This document shows positions 20,005 to 31,100 of a stretch of 64,000 nt of DNA, piece after piece. The stretch's first letter is position 1; every line of letters begins with the position of its first letter. A program made the translations under genes and the position numbers. Under the pieces are notes generated by a model. It searched no databases. It saw only the letters and a program-made list of their open reading frames with translations, and had not been told where the DNA came from. The stretch comes from Alphaproteobacteria bacterium (GTDB lineage: Bacteria > Pseudomonadota > Alphaproteobacteria > Bin95), in contig OZ219789.1 in assembly GCA_964291285.2 (NCBI GenBank), positions 384,804 to 448,803 on the forward strand. Direction: 5' to 3'.

Positions 20005-20751
20005 GTGGGCGCTGAATCGGCAATCGAGTGGACCGACGCAACGTGGAATCCGGTGACGGGCTGCACGAAGATCACCCGCGGCTGTGACCACTGCTACGCG
20101 GAGCGCTTCGCCGAGCGATGGCGCGGTGTTCCCGGGCACCCCTACGAGCAGGGATTCGACCTGCGACAGTGGCCGTCGCGGCTCGATCAGCCCGCACGAT
20201 GGCGCAAGCCGCGAATGATCTTCGTCAATTCCATGAGCGACCTGTTTCACAAGAAGGTCGAGCGGAGCTTTGTCGACAGCGTATTCGAAACGATGGAGGT
20301 CGTGGACAGGCACGTCTATCAGATCCTGACAAAACGCAGTTCGCTCATGAGGAACTACTTGCGACGCCGGTACGCCGACGGTTCGGCTCCCCACCACATA
20401 TGGTGCGGAGTTTCCGTTGAAGACAGCTCGGCAACTGCAAGAATCCAACATTTGCGAACGGCGCCGGCGGCGGTGCGGTTCCTCTCGATTGAGCCGCTTT
20501 TGGGTCCCGTCGGAAACATCGACCTGGACGGGATTTCCTGGGTGATTGTAGGAGGAGAAAGCGGCCCGCAGGCCCGACCCATGCAACCGGAATGGGTCCG
20601 GGACATACGCGACCTCTGCGCACGTGCTGGCGTGCCGTTCTTCTTCAAGCAGTGGGGCGGGCAAACGCCGAAGGCCGGCGGCCGCAAGCTGGAGGGAATG
20701 GAGCATAACGCAATGCCTAGGCTACTAGGCCGTGGACTCATAAGCGCGTAG
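20005..20751 (+). CDS. DUF5131 (phage Gp37/Gp68, radical-SAM-like) protein; C-terminus altered by IS insertion
   Basis: IEWTDATWNPVTGCTKITRGCDHCYAE (Cx6Cx2C), FVNSMSDLFH, QILTKR, LSIEPLL, WVIVGGESG, FFFKQWGG. Confidence 0.93.
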   Translation: MGAESAIEWTDATWNPVTGCTKITRGCDHCYAERFAERWRGVPGHPYEQGFDLRQWPSRLDQPARWRKPRMIFVNSMSDLFHKKVERSFVDSVFETMEVVDRHVYQILTKRSSLMRNYLRRRYADGSAPHHIWCGVSVEDSSATARIQHLRTAPAAVRFLSIEPLLGPVGNIDLDGISWVIVGGESGPQARPMQPEWVRDIRDLCARAGVPFFFKQWGGQTPKAGGRKLEGMEHNAMPRLLGRGLISA

Positions 20752-21564
20752 CCAGAGCCTTACAGTAGCGATCTTGATCATGGCGAGGAAGTTGGCCGCG
20801 AGCTTTTCGTATCGGGTGGCGATGCGGCGGAACTGCTTGAGTTTGTTGAAGGCGCGTTCGATCCGGTTTCGCAATTTATACAAGGGTTTGGAGAAAGCGT
20901 GCCTGGTCTTCGCGCCTTCGCGGTCGGGGATGATCGGGACGGCATCGTGTTGCTCGATCAGGTCACGGATCCATTTGGCGTCATAGGCCTTGTCGGCGAC
21001 GAGGAAACTGTCGGGCGGCAGGGTCGCCAGCATGGCACCGGCGGCCGTGGTGTCGTGCGCCTGGCCGGGGCTGAGGTCATAGCGGACCGGCAGGCCGCTC
21101 ACGTCCGACACGGCGTGGATCTTCGTGGTCAGTCCGCCACGGGAACGGCCCATGCAACGATCCGGACCCCCTTTTTTGACCCCGCCGCATGCTGGTGAAC
21201 CCGGACGCTCGAACTGTCGATCATCTGCACATTGCCGTCGTGAGCCTCCACCACCGCATCCATCAACTGATCCCAGATGCCCTTCTTGCGCCAGCGGTTG
21301 AACCGGTTGTAGCAGGTCGTATAAGGCCCGTAGTGCTCCGGCAGGTCTCGCCACGGCGCCCCCGCGCGAAGCACCCACAGAATGCCGTTCAACACCCGCC
21401 GGTCGTCAACCCGCGGCACCCCACGGGTCTTGTTCGGCAGCAACGGCTTGATCACCCGCCATTCGAAGTCCGTCAGATCGTACCGGCCCATGTCCTCGCT
21501 CCCTGAAGTTGGGAGCTTGAATCACAGCTTCGCTGAAGAAGAAACCCCTTATGGGTACACGACC
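20728..21564 (-). mobile_element. IS5-family element (IS427-like), two ORFs joined by a -1 frameshift
   Basis: Imperfect IRs GGCCGTGGACTCATAAG / CTTATGGGTACACGACC; TA on both sides (20726-27, 21565-66); orfA 21129..21491, orfB to 20725 (ADKAYD, RNRIERAFNKLKQFRRIATRYEK); slippery AAAAAAG at 21171-21177 (minus). Confidence 0.9.
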
Positions 21565-21582
21565 TAACCGAGAAGGACGACC

Positions 21583-22836
21583 ATGCCGTTCAAATGGCAC
21601 CCTGACGACCCGCCGCCGTCCATCGAACCGCATAGCAAGGCGAAACTGGAGGTTTTGCGCAGCTATCTTCGAGCGTACTACGACAGGCTGAACGTGAGTC
21701 CCGTCCGAGAGAAGTTCAAGCTCGACCTTATTGACGGGTTTGCGGGCGGAGGTCTATTCCTTGATGAAACTGCCGAAGTTTCGGGTACACCCTTGGTCAT
21801 GCTCGAAGAAACCGAAAGGGCGAGCGTCCGGCTAAACGAGAAGCGCGCGAAACAACTTCACATCGATTGCAGGTTCTGTTTTGTCGATAAGGAGGAGGCG
21901 CATACGGACCATCTGCGAAAGATCATCAGAGAGCGTGGCCATCGCGTCGATGATGACAGGATCGTCATCAGAAACGGCCTCTTCGAGAATGAGGTCGAGG
22001 GCATCATCAATTCAGTTCGACAGCGGCAACCCCGTTCCGGGCGCGCGATTTTCCTTCTCGACCAGACCGGGTTCTCGCAGGTGCAACTCTCGCTCGTGTC
22101 TCGGATTTTTAGTGAGTTGCCAGCGGCCGAAGTGATACTGACTTTTGCAGCCGATGCTCTCGTCAACCACTTGGCGGAAACTCCACAGATCGCCAAGATG
22201 GCAGTACCGCTTCAGTTGACCGATTCGCAGATTTATGACCTGATCCGGAAAAGAGACGGAGACGGCGGCAGAGCGCTTGTGCAAAGAACACTGCGCAACC
22301 ACGTCCGGATAGTAACCGGCGCAATTTACGATACGCCTTTTTTCATTCGGCCACGGCAGTCAAGGCGCGCTTTATGGTTTCTCCACCTTTCAAGGCACCC
22401 AACGGCGCGCGACGTGATGATTCAACGGCATTGGGACATTCAGAATACCTTCGAGCACTACGGACGAGGGGATTTCGGTATGTTGGGCTGGGATGCCTTG
22501 AAGAACTCGGATACCCTTCCGTTGTTTCAGTTCGGTGAACTCGATGAGAAGCAAATGCGAACGGAGCTGTTGGACTCTCTTCCTCGGGAGCTGTCCGGGC
22601 TGGTGTCTGAACACCCTGTCACCATGGACGCCGTGCGGCATATGCTTGCGAACCGGACGGCTGCGCGATTCTCCGATCTGGATCAAGTCATTGTGAGGCT
22701 CGTGCGGGAAGGAGAGTTCGAAATCGTCAATGAGGAAGGCAAGGTGAGGTCTCGGTCAGTTCAGCGATTGGCGCCAACAGATCGTTTGGCGCTTCCGTCC
22801 ACGCTGTTGCTCCCGGGGCTGTCTCGCCGAGCATGA
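21583..22836 (+). CDS. tcmP: Three-Cys-motif partner protein TcmP (Rossmann methyltransferase-like)
   Basis: EPHSKAKLEVLRSYL...LIDGFAGGG...SGTPL...FLLDQTG; adjacent to DUF5131 as is typical. Confidence 0.85.
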   Translation: MPFKWHPDDPPPSIEPHSKAKLEVLRSYLRAYYDRLNVSPVREKFKLDLIDGFAGGGLFLDETAEVSGTPLVMLEETERASVRLNEKRAKQLHIDCRFCFVDKEEAHTDHLRKIIRERGHRVDDDRIVIRNGLFENEVEGIINSVRQRQPRSGRAIFLLDQTGFSQVQLSLVSRIFSELPAAEVILTFAADALVNHLAETPQIAKMAVPLQLTDSQIYDLIRKRDGDGGRALVQRTLRNHVRIVTGAIYDTPFFIRPRQSRRALWFLHLSRHPTARDVMIQRHWDIQNTFEHYGRGDFGMLGWDALKNSDTLPLFQFGELDEKQMRTELLDSLPRELSGLVSEHPVTMDAVRHMLANRTAARFSDLDQVIVRLVREGEFEIVNEEGKVRSRSVQRLAPTDRLALPSTLLLPGLSRRA

Positions 22837-22984
22837 AACATCGTAAGCAACGACTTGGATCTGTGCAGGTCCGCGCACCGGGGTGCATCGTTGAATCCAC
22901 GGATCCGCGAGTGGGATATCCGCGCGTATGCGATAGCCACACAGGCGGCGTCCGGGCGGTCGTGGCGCATTTGAGGCGCGTGCC

Positions 22985-23520
22985 ATGACAGTGGCCCGGA
23001 TGAACCTCGAACTTGCGGAGAGGCCGAGCGCGCGTATCATCCTTGTGCGCATCCGCGGGGAAAGCCGCGATGAGGCCGAGAAGGGACGCTGGTTCGAACA
23101 GTTGTTCATGCGGGTTGCGCCTCAGGAGCCGGAATTCGAGATTAAGGGCATCTGGCGCCGGGCAGAGTGGCCCGAGCGTGAGACGCTCACCGGTCTTGAT
23201 GGACGTGATATCGGGATCGATCTGATGGCGCGGCGCACCTCTGGTGAGTGGGTTGCCATTCAGTGCAAGCGCTATGACGACCGGCATGTACTCGGCAAGA
23301 GCGGGATCGACAAGTTTCTCGGCGACTCGCAGCAGCCAGTCTTCCGACTGCGGTGGGTCATGGCGACTTGCAGTTGGGGGCCGAATGCGAAGCGTGCGAT
23401 CCAGATTGCCCATCCCGAAATCAGGCAGATCGACTTCAGGCAGTATCTCGACATTCAGATCAAGGAGCAGGGTGCAAAACGCCCGGCGCAGGAGCCATGG
23501 CCGCTCCAGGCCGATGCGAC
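22985..23520 (+). pseudogene. N-terminal Mrr-like nuclease fragment of a Type ISP-like R-M enzyme
   Basis: KGRWFEQL...DIGIDLMAR...VAIQCK...IDKFL, then QEPWPLQADA (start of helicase) before the frame runs into the duplicated segment. Confidence 0.7.
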
Positions 23521-23583
23521 AGATGCTGCTCCGGGTCGGGGTGGAATACGGCTGGCGGAGGTCAGGCCGGCGGTGGACCGCGT

Positions 23584-23835
23584 CGGGCCGGCAGGACATC
23601 CAGACGATCAGCCGCGCTGGCGGCGGTCGGCGAAGATCCCGAGGCTGCGCCAGCCCCACAGCTGCACCCCGCAATGCCGCAGCCTGACCCCCGTCGCGGT
23701 GATGATCTCGTCCCGGGCCGGACGCATCTCCTCAAGCGCCTTCGCGGTGACGATCGTGCCCCGGGCCTTGCGACGGCCCTTGCGTGCCGTGCCGCCAGAC
23801 TGGACGAGAACGATCTCGCCGTCGGCCTTCGAGAC
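23584..23835 (+). repeat. About 250-bp direct repeat copy 2
   Basis: Matches 18662..18914. Confidence 0.9.
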
Positions 23836-23915
23836 ATGGCTCGCGCCCGAAGCGGTGCGGTCGATGCCGATCCGGGCGACGGCGTGATATGGCGTCGGGT
23901 GATGGAGAGGGCCGC

Positions 23916-26900
23916 GTGACGCTCGAAAATCCCTTCCAGGGCCAGTTGTTCGCCGACGGCTTCCTCTGCGAAGCGATTGCCGAATCGGAGGACTGGGAGG
24001 CGTTCGACGATACGGCGCTCGAAACCCTCCGGGCGGATCTCCGCGCGCTCTTCGACAGGTTCCCGGCGGAAGGCGCGCCCAACGAGGCCCAGACCGAGAC
24101 CGACCTGATCCGCCCGGTGCTGGAACAGCTCGGCTGGACGGCGAGCCTCTGGCAGCAAAGACTTTCGACCCATGGACGCACCCATGTGCCAGACGGCCTG
24201 CTGTTCGCCGACGACGCGGCCAAGGAGCGCGCGAACCGCGTGCCGGAGCAGGACCGCTACCGCCACGGCCTCACCATCGTGGAATGCAAGCGCTGGGGCC
24301 GCCCGCTGGACCGCCGATCGCCGGGCGACGGCGCGGAAGCTGCGCCCGCGACGCAGATGCTGAGCTATCTCGGCCGCGCGGATGTGATGACGGAAGGCGG
24401 GCTGCGCTGGGGCATTCTCACCGACGGCGCGGTCTGGCGGCTCTACTGGTGGGGCGCGCGTTCGGTCGCGGAGCAGTTCTTCGAAGTCGATCTGGCTGAC
24501 GTGCTCGACCTTCCTGGCCGCAACGAGGGCCTGTTCGCGCTCGACGAAGAGGCGCGGCGGCACTGGCTGCGGGTCTTCGCGCTCGTCTTCCGGCCGGAAG
24601 CCTTCCTGCTCGGCGGGGCCGACCGGCGCAGCTTCCATCTGCGCGCGATAGAGGAAGGCCGGCTCTACGAGGCGAAGGTCGCGAAGGACCTTTCCGGGCT
24701 GGTGTTCGGCGAGGCATTTCCCAGGCTGGCGGGCGCAATCGCCGGGGCCGCACCGGATGCGCCTCTGGACGAAGTGCGCGAGGCCGCACTGGTGCTGCTC
24801 TACCGGCTCATGTTCGTGCTCTATGCTGAGGACCGCGGCCTGCTGCCGGTGCGCGATCCAGGCTATGACGACTATGCGCTGCGCGAGCGGGTGCGCGAGG
24901 ATGTCGGCCGCCGCAAGGATGCGGGCGACGCCTTTTCGATCGTGGCGGCGAACTACTGGTCTGCCCTGGACGACCTCTGCCGGATTATCGACGGCGGCGA
25001 CGCCTCCATCGGCCTGCCCGCCTATGACGGAGGCCTGTTCGATGCTGAGCGCGCGCCGCTGCTGGCGCGGGTCCGGCTTCCCGATGCGGTCATGGCCGAT
25101 ATCGTCGATGCGCTCTCCTTCCGGCGCGGGCCGGACGGGCGGCGCTATATCAACTACCGCGAACTCGGCGTGCAGCAGCTCGGCTCGATCTACGAGCGGC
25201 TGGTGGAGCGCGAACTGGTGCGCGAGGAAAGCGAAATCCGCATACGCCCCAACCCGTTCGTGCGCAAGGACTGGGGCAGCTACTACACGCCGGACGATCT
25301 TGTGGGCCTGGTCATAGACAAGGCAGTCGGGCCGCTGGTCGAGGCCCGCCGCGAGGCGTTCCGGGAAGCGGCGGACAAGGGCGCGCAACCGGGGGAACTT
25401 GCCCGCCTCGATCCGGCGGAGAAAATCCTCGAACTCCGGGTGTGCGACCCGGCGATGGGCTCCGGGCATTTCCTCGTCAATCTGGTTGACTGGCTCGCGG
25501 ACCGCATCATCGAGGCGATGGCGAAGGCCGAGGAGCTCTCGGGCGGCTACGCCTCGCCGCTTGCCAGGCGGATCGAGGAGATTCGCGAAACGATTCTCGC
25601 CAATGCCGGCGCGGAGGGCTGGACCGTCGATGCGGCGCGGCTCGACGACCGCCATATCGTGCGCCGCATGGTGCTCAAGCGCTGCATCTACGGCGTGGAC
25701 AAGAATCCGATGGCGGTCGAACTCGCCAAGGTGTCGCTCTGGCTGCACACCTTCACCGTCGGCGCGCCGCTGTCCTTCCTCGACCACCATCTGCGCTGCG
25801 GCGACAGCCTGTTCGGCGCCTGGGTGCGGACCGGGATGGACCGGGCGGCCGAATACGACGCGCAACTGCTGCTGCACGGGCCGATGCAGGCCGCCGTCGG
25901 CGCGGCGGAAGACATGCGCGCGGTAGAGGCGCTGACCGACGCCGAGATCGCGGAAGTGCGCCGGTCCGCCGAGACCTTCGCCCTGGTGGAGGAAAGGACC
26001 GGTCCGCTCGACGCGTTCCTGTCCCTCGTGCATGCCCTCGACTGGCTGGCCGTTCGCAGCAAGGAGGACAAGGCGGCGCTCCGGGCCTTCTTCGACGGGC
26101 AATTCGGCGATCCGGTGAAGGTTGCGCTTGGCGAAACCGACGCCTCGAACGGCAGGCCGGAGGCGCAGCGTTTCGCCGAATTGCTGGCGCAGGCGCGGAC
26201 GCTCATGCGTGAGGAACGCTTCTTCAACTGGCAGGCGGCCTTTCCCGGCGTCTGGACCAACCTCGAGAGCGTGGAGCGCCGGGGTGGTTTCGACGCCGTG
26301 ATCGGCAACCCGCCGTGGGAGCGGATGAAGCTGCAACAGGTGGAATGGTTCGCGGCCCGCCGGCCGGAGATCGCCCATGCGCCGCGCGCCGCAGACCGCA
26401 AGCGCATGATCGCCGCGCTGGAAACGGCCGGCGACCCGCTGGCGGCGGATTACGACCGGGCGCAGCAACGCACCGACGCCGCCATGAGGAATGCGCGTTG
26501 CGGCGGCGATTACCCGCTGCTATCCGGCGGCGACATCAACCTCTATTCGCTCTTCGTGGAGCGCGCGATGGCGCTGGCGAAGAGCGACGGCAAGGTCGGG
26601 TTGGTCGTGCCGTCCGGCATCGCGTCCGACAGGACGGCGGCGCGCTTCTTCAAGGGTGTGGCGACGGAAAGCCGGTTGCAGGCACTCTACGACTTCGAGA
26701 ACAAGAAGGTTTTCTTTCCCGATGTCCATGCCTCCTTCAAATTCTGTGTATTCCTTGCAAGTCCTTCCCCGCTTGCCGATGACGCGCAATGCGCGTTTTA
26801 CCTGCACAGCGTGTCCGAACTGGAAGACCCGGATCGCTGCTTCCCGCTGGGCGCGGCAGACTTCGCCCGCGTCAACCCCAACACCGGCACCGCGCCGATC

Positions 26901-27956
26901 TTCCGCTCCCGCCGCGACGCGGAACTGACCACCGCCATCTACGGCAGGCTGCCCGTGCTGGTGGACCGTTCCTCCGGCAAGCCCGTAAAGGCATGGCCGG
27001 TGAAGTATGTGCGGATGTTCGACATGACGAACGACTCCGGCCTGTTCCGCACCCGCGCGGAACTGGAGGAGAAGGAAGGCGCATGGCCCGTCGGCGGCAA
27101 CCGCTTCGACAGCCCCTCCGGCCAGTGGGTCCCGCTTTATGAAGGCAAGATGGTGCAGGCGTTCGACCACAGGGCAGCGGGCGTGGTCGTCAACCCGGAC
27201 AATCTCCACCGCCCGGCGCAACCCGAGCCGGCGACCATCGAACAGCACCGGGACCCGGACTGGCTGCCTCACCCACAATTTTGGGTTTTAGCGAGCGACA
27301 CTGACCAGCCGAAAACCCCATTTTTTCTTGGCTTCAAACATGTAACTTCGGCAACCAATGTCCGCTCTATGATTGCCGCATTGATTCCCCGCGCCGGCGC
27401 AGGAAACTCTTTGCCATTGCTCATGGGCAACGATAATCGACCGTTATTTGCCGGGTTGGCGGCTACAATCGTTTCAAATCTGAATTCACTGCCGTTCGAC
27501 TTTGTTTTGAGACAAAAGGTCCAAGGACAGAACCTGAACTGGTTCATCCTTGAACAGCTCCCCGTCGTGCCGCCGGAGCGTTACGAGACGACGCGTTTCG
27601 GACCGAAGACGGCAGCGGAGATCGTGCGCGAGGCGGTGCTGGAGCTGACCTGCACCGCGCATGACATGGCACCCTTTGCCCACGACATGGGCCATGTGGA
27701 CGAAGCGGGCGAGGCGCTGCCGCCCTTCCGCTGGGACGAAGACCGGCGGCTCATGCTGCGCGCGAAGCTCGACGCTCTCTATTTCTACCTCTACGGCGTC
27801 GCCGACCGCGACGATATCCGCTACATCTACTCCACCTTCCCCATCGTCGAGCGAGAGGAGGAACAGGCGTGGGGCCACTACCGCTCCCGCGACCTCTGCC
27901 TCGCCTGGATGAATGCGCTGGACGCCGGAAAACCCGACGCAGAAGTTCATCTGTGA
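23916..27956 (+). CDS. Type IIG (Eco57I-like) fused restriction-modification enzyme
   Basis: GGAGAGG RBS then GTG 23916; nuclease PDGLLF...VECK; GSYYTP; CDPAMGSGHFL (motif I); IGNPPW (motif IV); C-terminal TRD. Confidence 0.9.
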   Translation: MTLENPFQGQLFADGFLCEAIAESEDWEAFDDTALETLRADLRALFDRFPAEGAPNEAQTETDLIRPVLEQLGWTASLWQQRLSTHGRTHVPDGLLFADDAAKERANRVPEQDRYRHGLTIVECKRWGRPLDRRSPGDGAEAAPATQMLSYLGRADVMTEGGLRWGILTDGAVWRLYWWGARSVAEQFFEVDLADVLDLPGRNEGLFALDEEARRHWLRVFALVFRPEAFLLGGADRRSFHLRAIEEGRLYEAKVAKDLSGLVFGEAFPRLAGAIAGAAPDAPLDEVREAALVLLYRLMFVLYAEDRGLLPVRDPGYDDYALRERVREDVGRRKDAGDAFSIVAANYWSALDDLCRIIDGGDASIGLPAYDGGLFDAERAPLLARVRLPDAVMADIVDALSFRRGPDGRRYINYRELGVQQLGSIYERLVERELVREESEIRIRPNPFVRKDWGSYYTPDDLVGLVIDKAVGPLVEARREAFREAADKGAQPGELARLDPAEKILELRVCDPAMGSGHFLVNLVDWLADRIIEAMAKAEELSGGYASPLARRIEEIRETILANAGAEGWTVDAARLDDRHIVRRMVLKRCIYGVDKNPMAVELAKVSLWLHTFTVGAPLSFLDHHLRCGDSLFGAWVRTGMDRAAEYDAQLLLHGPMQAAVGAAEDMRAVEALTDAEIAEVRRSAETFALVEERTGPLDAFLSLVHALDWLAVRSKEDKAALRAFFDGQFGDPVKVALGETDASNGRPEAQRFAELLAQARTLMREERFFNWQAAFPGVWTNLESVERRGGFDAVIGNPPWERMKLQQVEWFAARRPEIAHAPRAADRKRMIAALETAGDPLAADYDRAQQRTDAAMRNARCGGDYPLLSGGDINLYSLFVERAMALAKSDGKVGLVVPSGIASDRTAARFFKGVATESRLQALYDFENKKVFFPDVHASFKFCVFLASPSPLADDAQCAFYLHSVSELEDPDRCFPLGAADFARVNPNTGTAPIFRSRRDAELTTAIYGRLPVLVDRSSGKPVKAWPVKYVRMFDMTNDSGLFRTRAELEEKEGAWPVGGNRFDSPSGQWVPLYEGKMVQAFDHRAAGVVVNPDNLHRPAQPEPATIEQHRDPDWLPHPQFWVLASDTDQPKTPFFLGFKHVTSATNVRSMIAALIPRAGAGNSLPLLMGNDNRPLFAGLAATIVSNLNSLPFDFVLRQKVQGQNLNWFILEQLPVVPPERYETTRFGPKTAAEIVREAVLELTCTAHDMAPFAHDMGHVDEAGEALPPFRWDEDRRLMLRAKLDALYFYLYGVADRDDIRYIYSTFPIVEREEEQAWGHYRSRDLCLAWMNALDAGKPDAEVHL

Positions 27957-28162
27957 ATTACTGTCCGACTGTAGATTGGGCCACTAGCGCTCATCCAGAC
28001 CGAAAAATCCCGGTGCACGCCTCGAAATCTCCTCGTCACTGCCATATAGAAATTCTATCTCATACGGAGCGAAATTGCACAGTCTTGAGAGACCCCATAC
28101 GCTACTGGGGTCGATAATATTACCGGGTGCCCCGTGCGTGAGGAAGGTGCAAATGAACGACG

Positions 28163-31100
28163 GTGCAATTCGCAATGCCTGAACTGATTGAAGACGGCCC
28201 GGACATTCCGGCGTGCCTCCTGAACGGGCTGGACGACGGCAATGTCGTTTTCTTCTGCGGCGCCGGGGTCTCGATGGCAGAAGGGTCTGACCTGCCGAAT
28301 TTCGCCGACCTCGTGAAGCATGTGTACGCCGCCAACAATGTCCAGTGCGACTCGGCCGAGAAGCAGGCGTTCCGCCGCAAGGATTGGGACAAGGTACTTG
28401 ATCTGCTGGAAAGGGAATGTCGCCTGGGCGCCGATCAATTGCGGCGTACGGTCACCAAGCGCCTTTCTCGACCGCCATGCGGTGACCTGAAACTCCACAA
28501 GGCATTGGCTGATCTGTCGCGGACTGAACGCGGCGTCCGACTTGTCACCACCAATTTCGACAACCGCTTCGCCGAAGCGGTGGAACGCTTCGCCGAAGCG
28601 GCGGAAGAATCCCTGACGGTCGATGTCGCGCCCCGGCTTCCGATACCCAAGCGTCATGACTGGTCGAGCCTGGTGCACCTGCACGGCATCGCATCGAAGG
28701 AGGATGGCTCGAACCTGGTGCTGACCGCGGCAGATTTCGGGCGCGCATATCTGACCGAGCGCTGGGCGGCGAGGTTCGTCACCGAACTGTTCCGCGAATT
28801 CTCGGTCGTCTTCGTCGGCTACAGCCTCGACGATCCTGTCATGGGGTACATGGTCGACGCCCTTGCCGCCGAGCGGTCAAAGGGCGCGGGCTTCGGAACG
28901 GCCTGGGCATTCGCCGCCATGGACGGTTCCGAAGTCGGGATATCCAGGGCGCGTGACGCCTGGGTCGCGAAGAATGTCGAACCGATCCTCTATGACGAGC
29001 GGGACGGACACCGCCTTCTCGCAGACACACTGATTGAATGGGCGCGGATCCGAAGCGATCCCCTTCGAGCCCGTTCCCGGATCGCCATCGACGAGATTAA
29101 CAAGATGCCGGCCGGGCCGGTTGTGGAACGGGTCGTCTGGGCGCTACAGGACGCATCGGCCGCTAGGGCGCTTGCCGAAGCGCCTCCCATATCGAACGAG
29201 GAGGACCATGCAAAGTTCGAGAAGTGGCTCGACATGTTCGCGGAAAAGGGTCTGCTGCGCTTTGCCGCTGACGGGGCGGACCGGCATCTCGTACATACCG
29301 GCCTCGAATCGGTGAATCCCGGCAATCTGGATACGACAAGGTGCCATCTCTCGGTTTGGCTGGCTAACCATCTGCATGTGCCGCAACTGCTGGCCTGGGC
29401 GCTTCGGAACGGCGGTCATCTTCACCCTCATCTTCGCCAGCAGGTCGAGAGCCGTCTGGCTGAGCAGGCTTCCGCGCTTCCGGACATTCCCGACAGGCTG
29501 CGACTGCTCTGGACCGTTCTTCTGGGCAGCAGGCCCGATGATCCCTGGAACGGGCTCTGGTTCTCCGACCGTCATCAGGCCGCGACGTCCCCCGACGAAC
29601 GCAGGCTCATCGAGGACAAGGTCATGGAGAGTATCCGGCCGCGTCTCGTCGTCCGACCGGGTCTTTCCATGGTCCGGCAAGTACGGCTGAATTACGAGAA
29701 TACCCCGCAAGCGCCGCAGCCCATCGATACATGCGGACATCTCGAATTGATGTCGGCATGCGACAGGGTTTGGGCGCTATTCAAGGCTATTCTCGATGAC
29801 CGGGAAGTGCTTTCGAGACACGCCGAGACGCTGACCGATCATCTCGAACACGCCCTTTCCCTGGGTAAGGCCGATGGCAATGTCTGCCAGCGGTCGTACC
29901 TGTATCGGCCGTCGATCGCGCCTCACGAGCAAAACAACGATTTCGACAACTGGACCCGCCTCATAGATCTGGTGCAGTACAGCTATCTTGCGCTGGTTCC
30001 CGACGAGAGCCGGCGCGCGCGCAATCTGCTTCTTCGTTGGGCGGACTCCGACGAGCCGTTGTTCAGGAGGCTGGCGCTGCACGCGCTGACCGAAAACCCG
30101 AGAGCCGATATTCGGCTTGCCCGGAAACTGCTTCTGGGAGGTCGAAACCCCGGTCTCTGGGACTTCGATATGCGGCGCGAAACGATGCGTTTTTTGAGAT
30201 TGGCGGGCAAGCGGTTACCCCGAGATCTCCGCAGCGACATCATTGACGCAATTCACGCTGGACCGAAATTGAAGAAAATCCGGGAATCCTTCGGCAGTGA
30301 CGAAGGGTTGCGCAAAGAACAGGCATTGTTCCTGTACAAGATGGACATATCCGGGGTAAATCTGAACAAGAAATCAAGGGCGCTCGCTGAAGCAATAGCC
30401 CAGAAAATGGAGGAAATCGAGGGAGAGATCGACGAATTTCTTGGCGAGGTAAAGTATGAACGAATCGGCATCGAAGATTATGCGCCCAAGCATCTCCTCA
30501 AGGGATCGGTCGAAGACATCGTGGTGGCGCTCGATACCGGGGAAATCGTTCAGGGCGGACTGCGAGGGCTGGCTGCCCGGAAACCGGTAAAGGTTGTTTC
30601 CGCACTGCGGCGGCTCGGGAAACAGGGCAAATGGCCCGTACGGTACTGGCGGGAATTCCTCTGGGAGCTGCCGGAACCAAAGTACCCGGCGAGATTGCAT
30701 GCCTGTGCGGCAAGAATCCTTGCCGAGGCTCCCGGCGAGCTGTTCGGCGAGGCAGCGTCCGCCGTCGCGGGTTTCGTGAAACAGCTTGCGGACGCATGGA
30801 AAACCGATCGGGAAGCTGAATTTGATGTCCTTTGGACGAAATCCTGGACCGGAAAGGGCGAGGGCGAATCGGAGATGGCCGACCAGGACGAAACCCTGAC
30901 GAACGCCTTGAACCATCCGGCCGGAAAGCTGGCGGAAGCGGCATTGACCCGGCTGTCGAAATACGAACCGCCGGCTGGAACGGGATTCCCTCCACCGGTC
31001 CGGCCGTATTTCGACGCCATGGCCGAAGACCCGCTCGGGCATCCAGGCCGCGTGCTTCTGGCGACCAGATTGCGACCGCTGTTTGCGGTTGACCCCAAGT

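Noticed and set aside
23562-26468. 968-aa minus-strand ORF (likewise 35189..37252)
   Set aside because: Antisense shadows of the R-M genes, typical of high-GC DNA.
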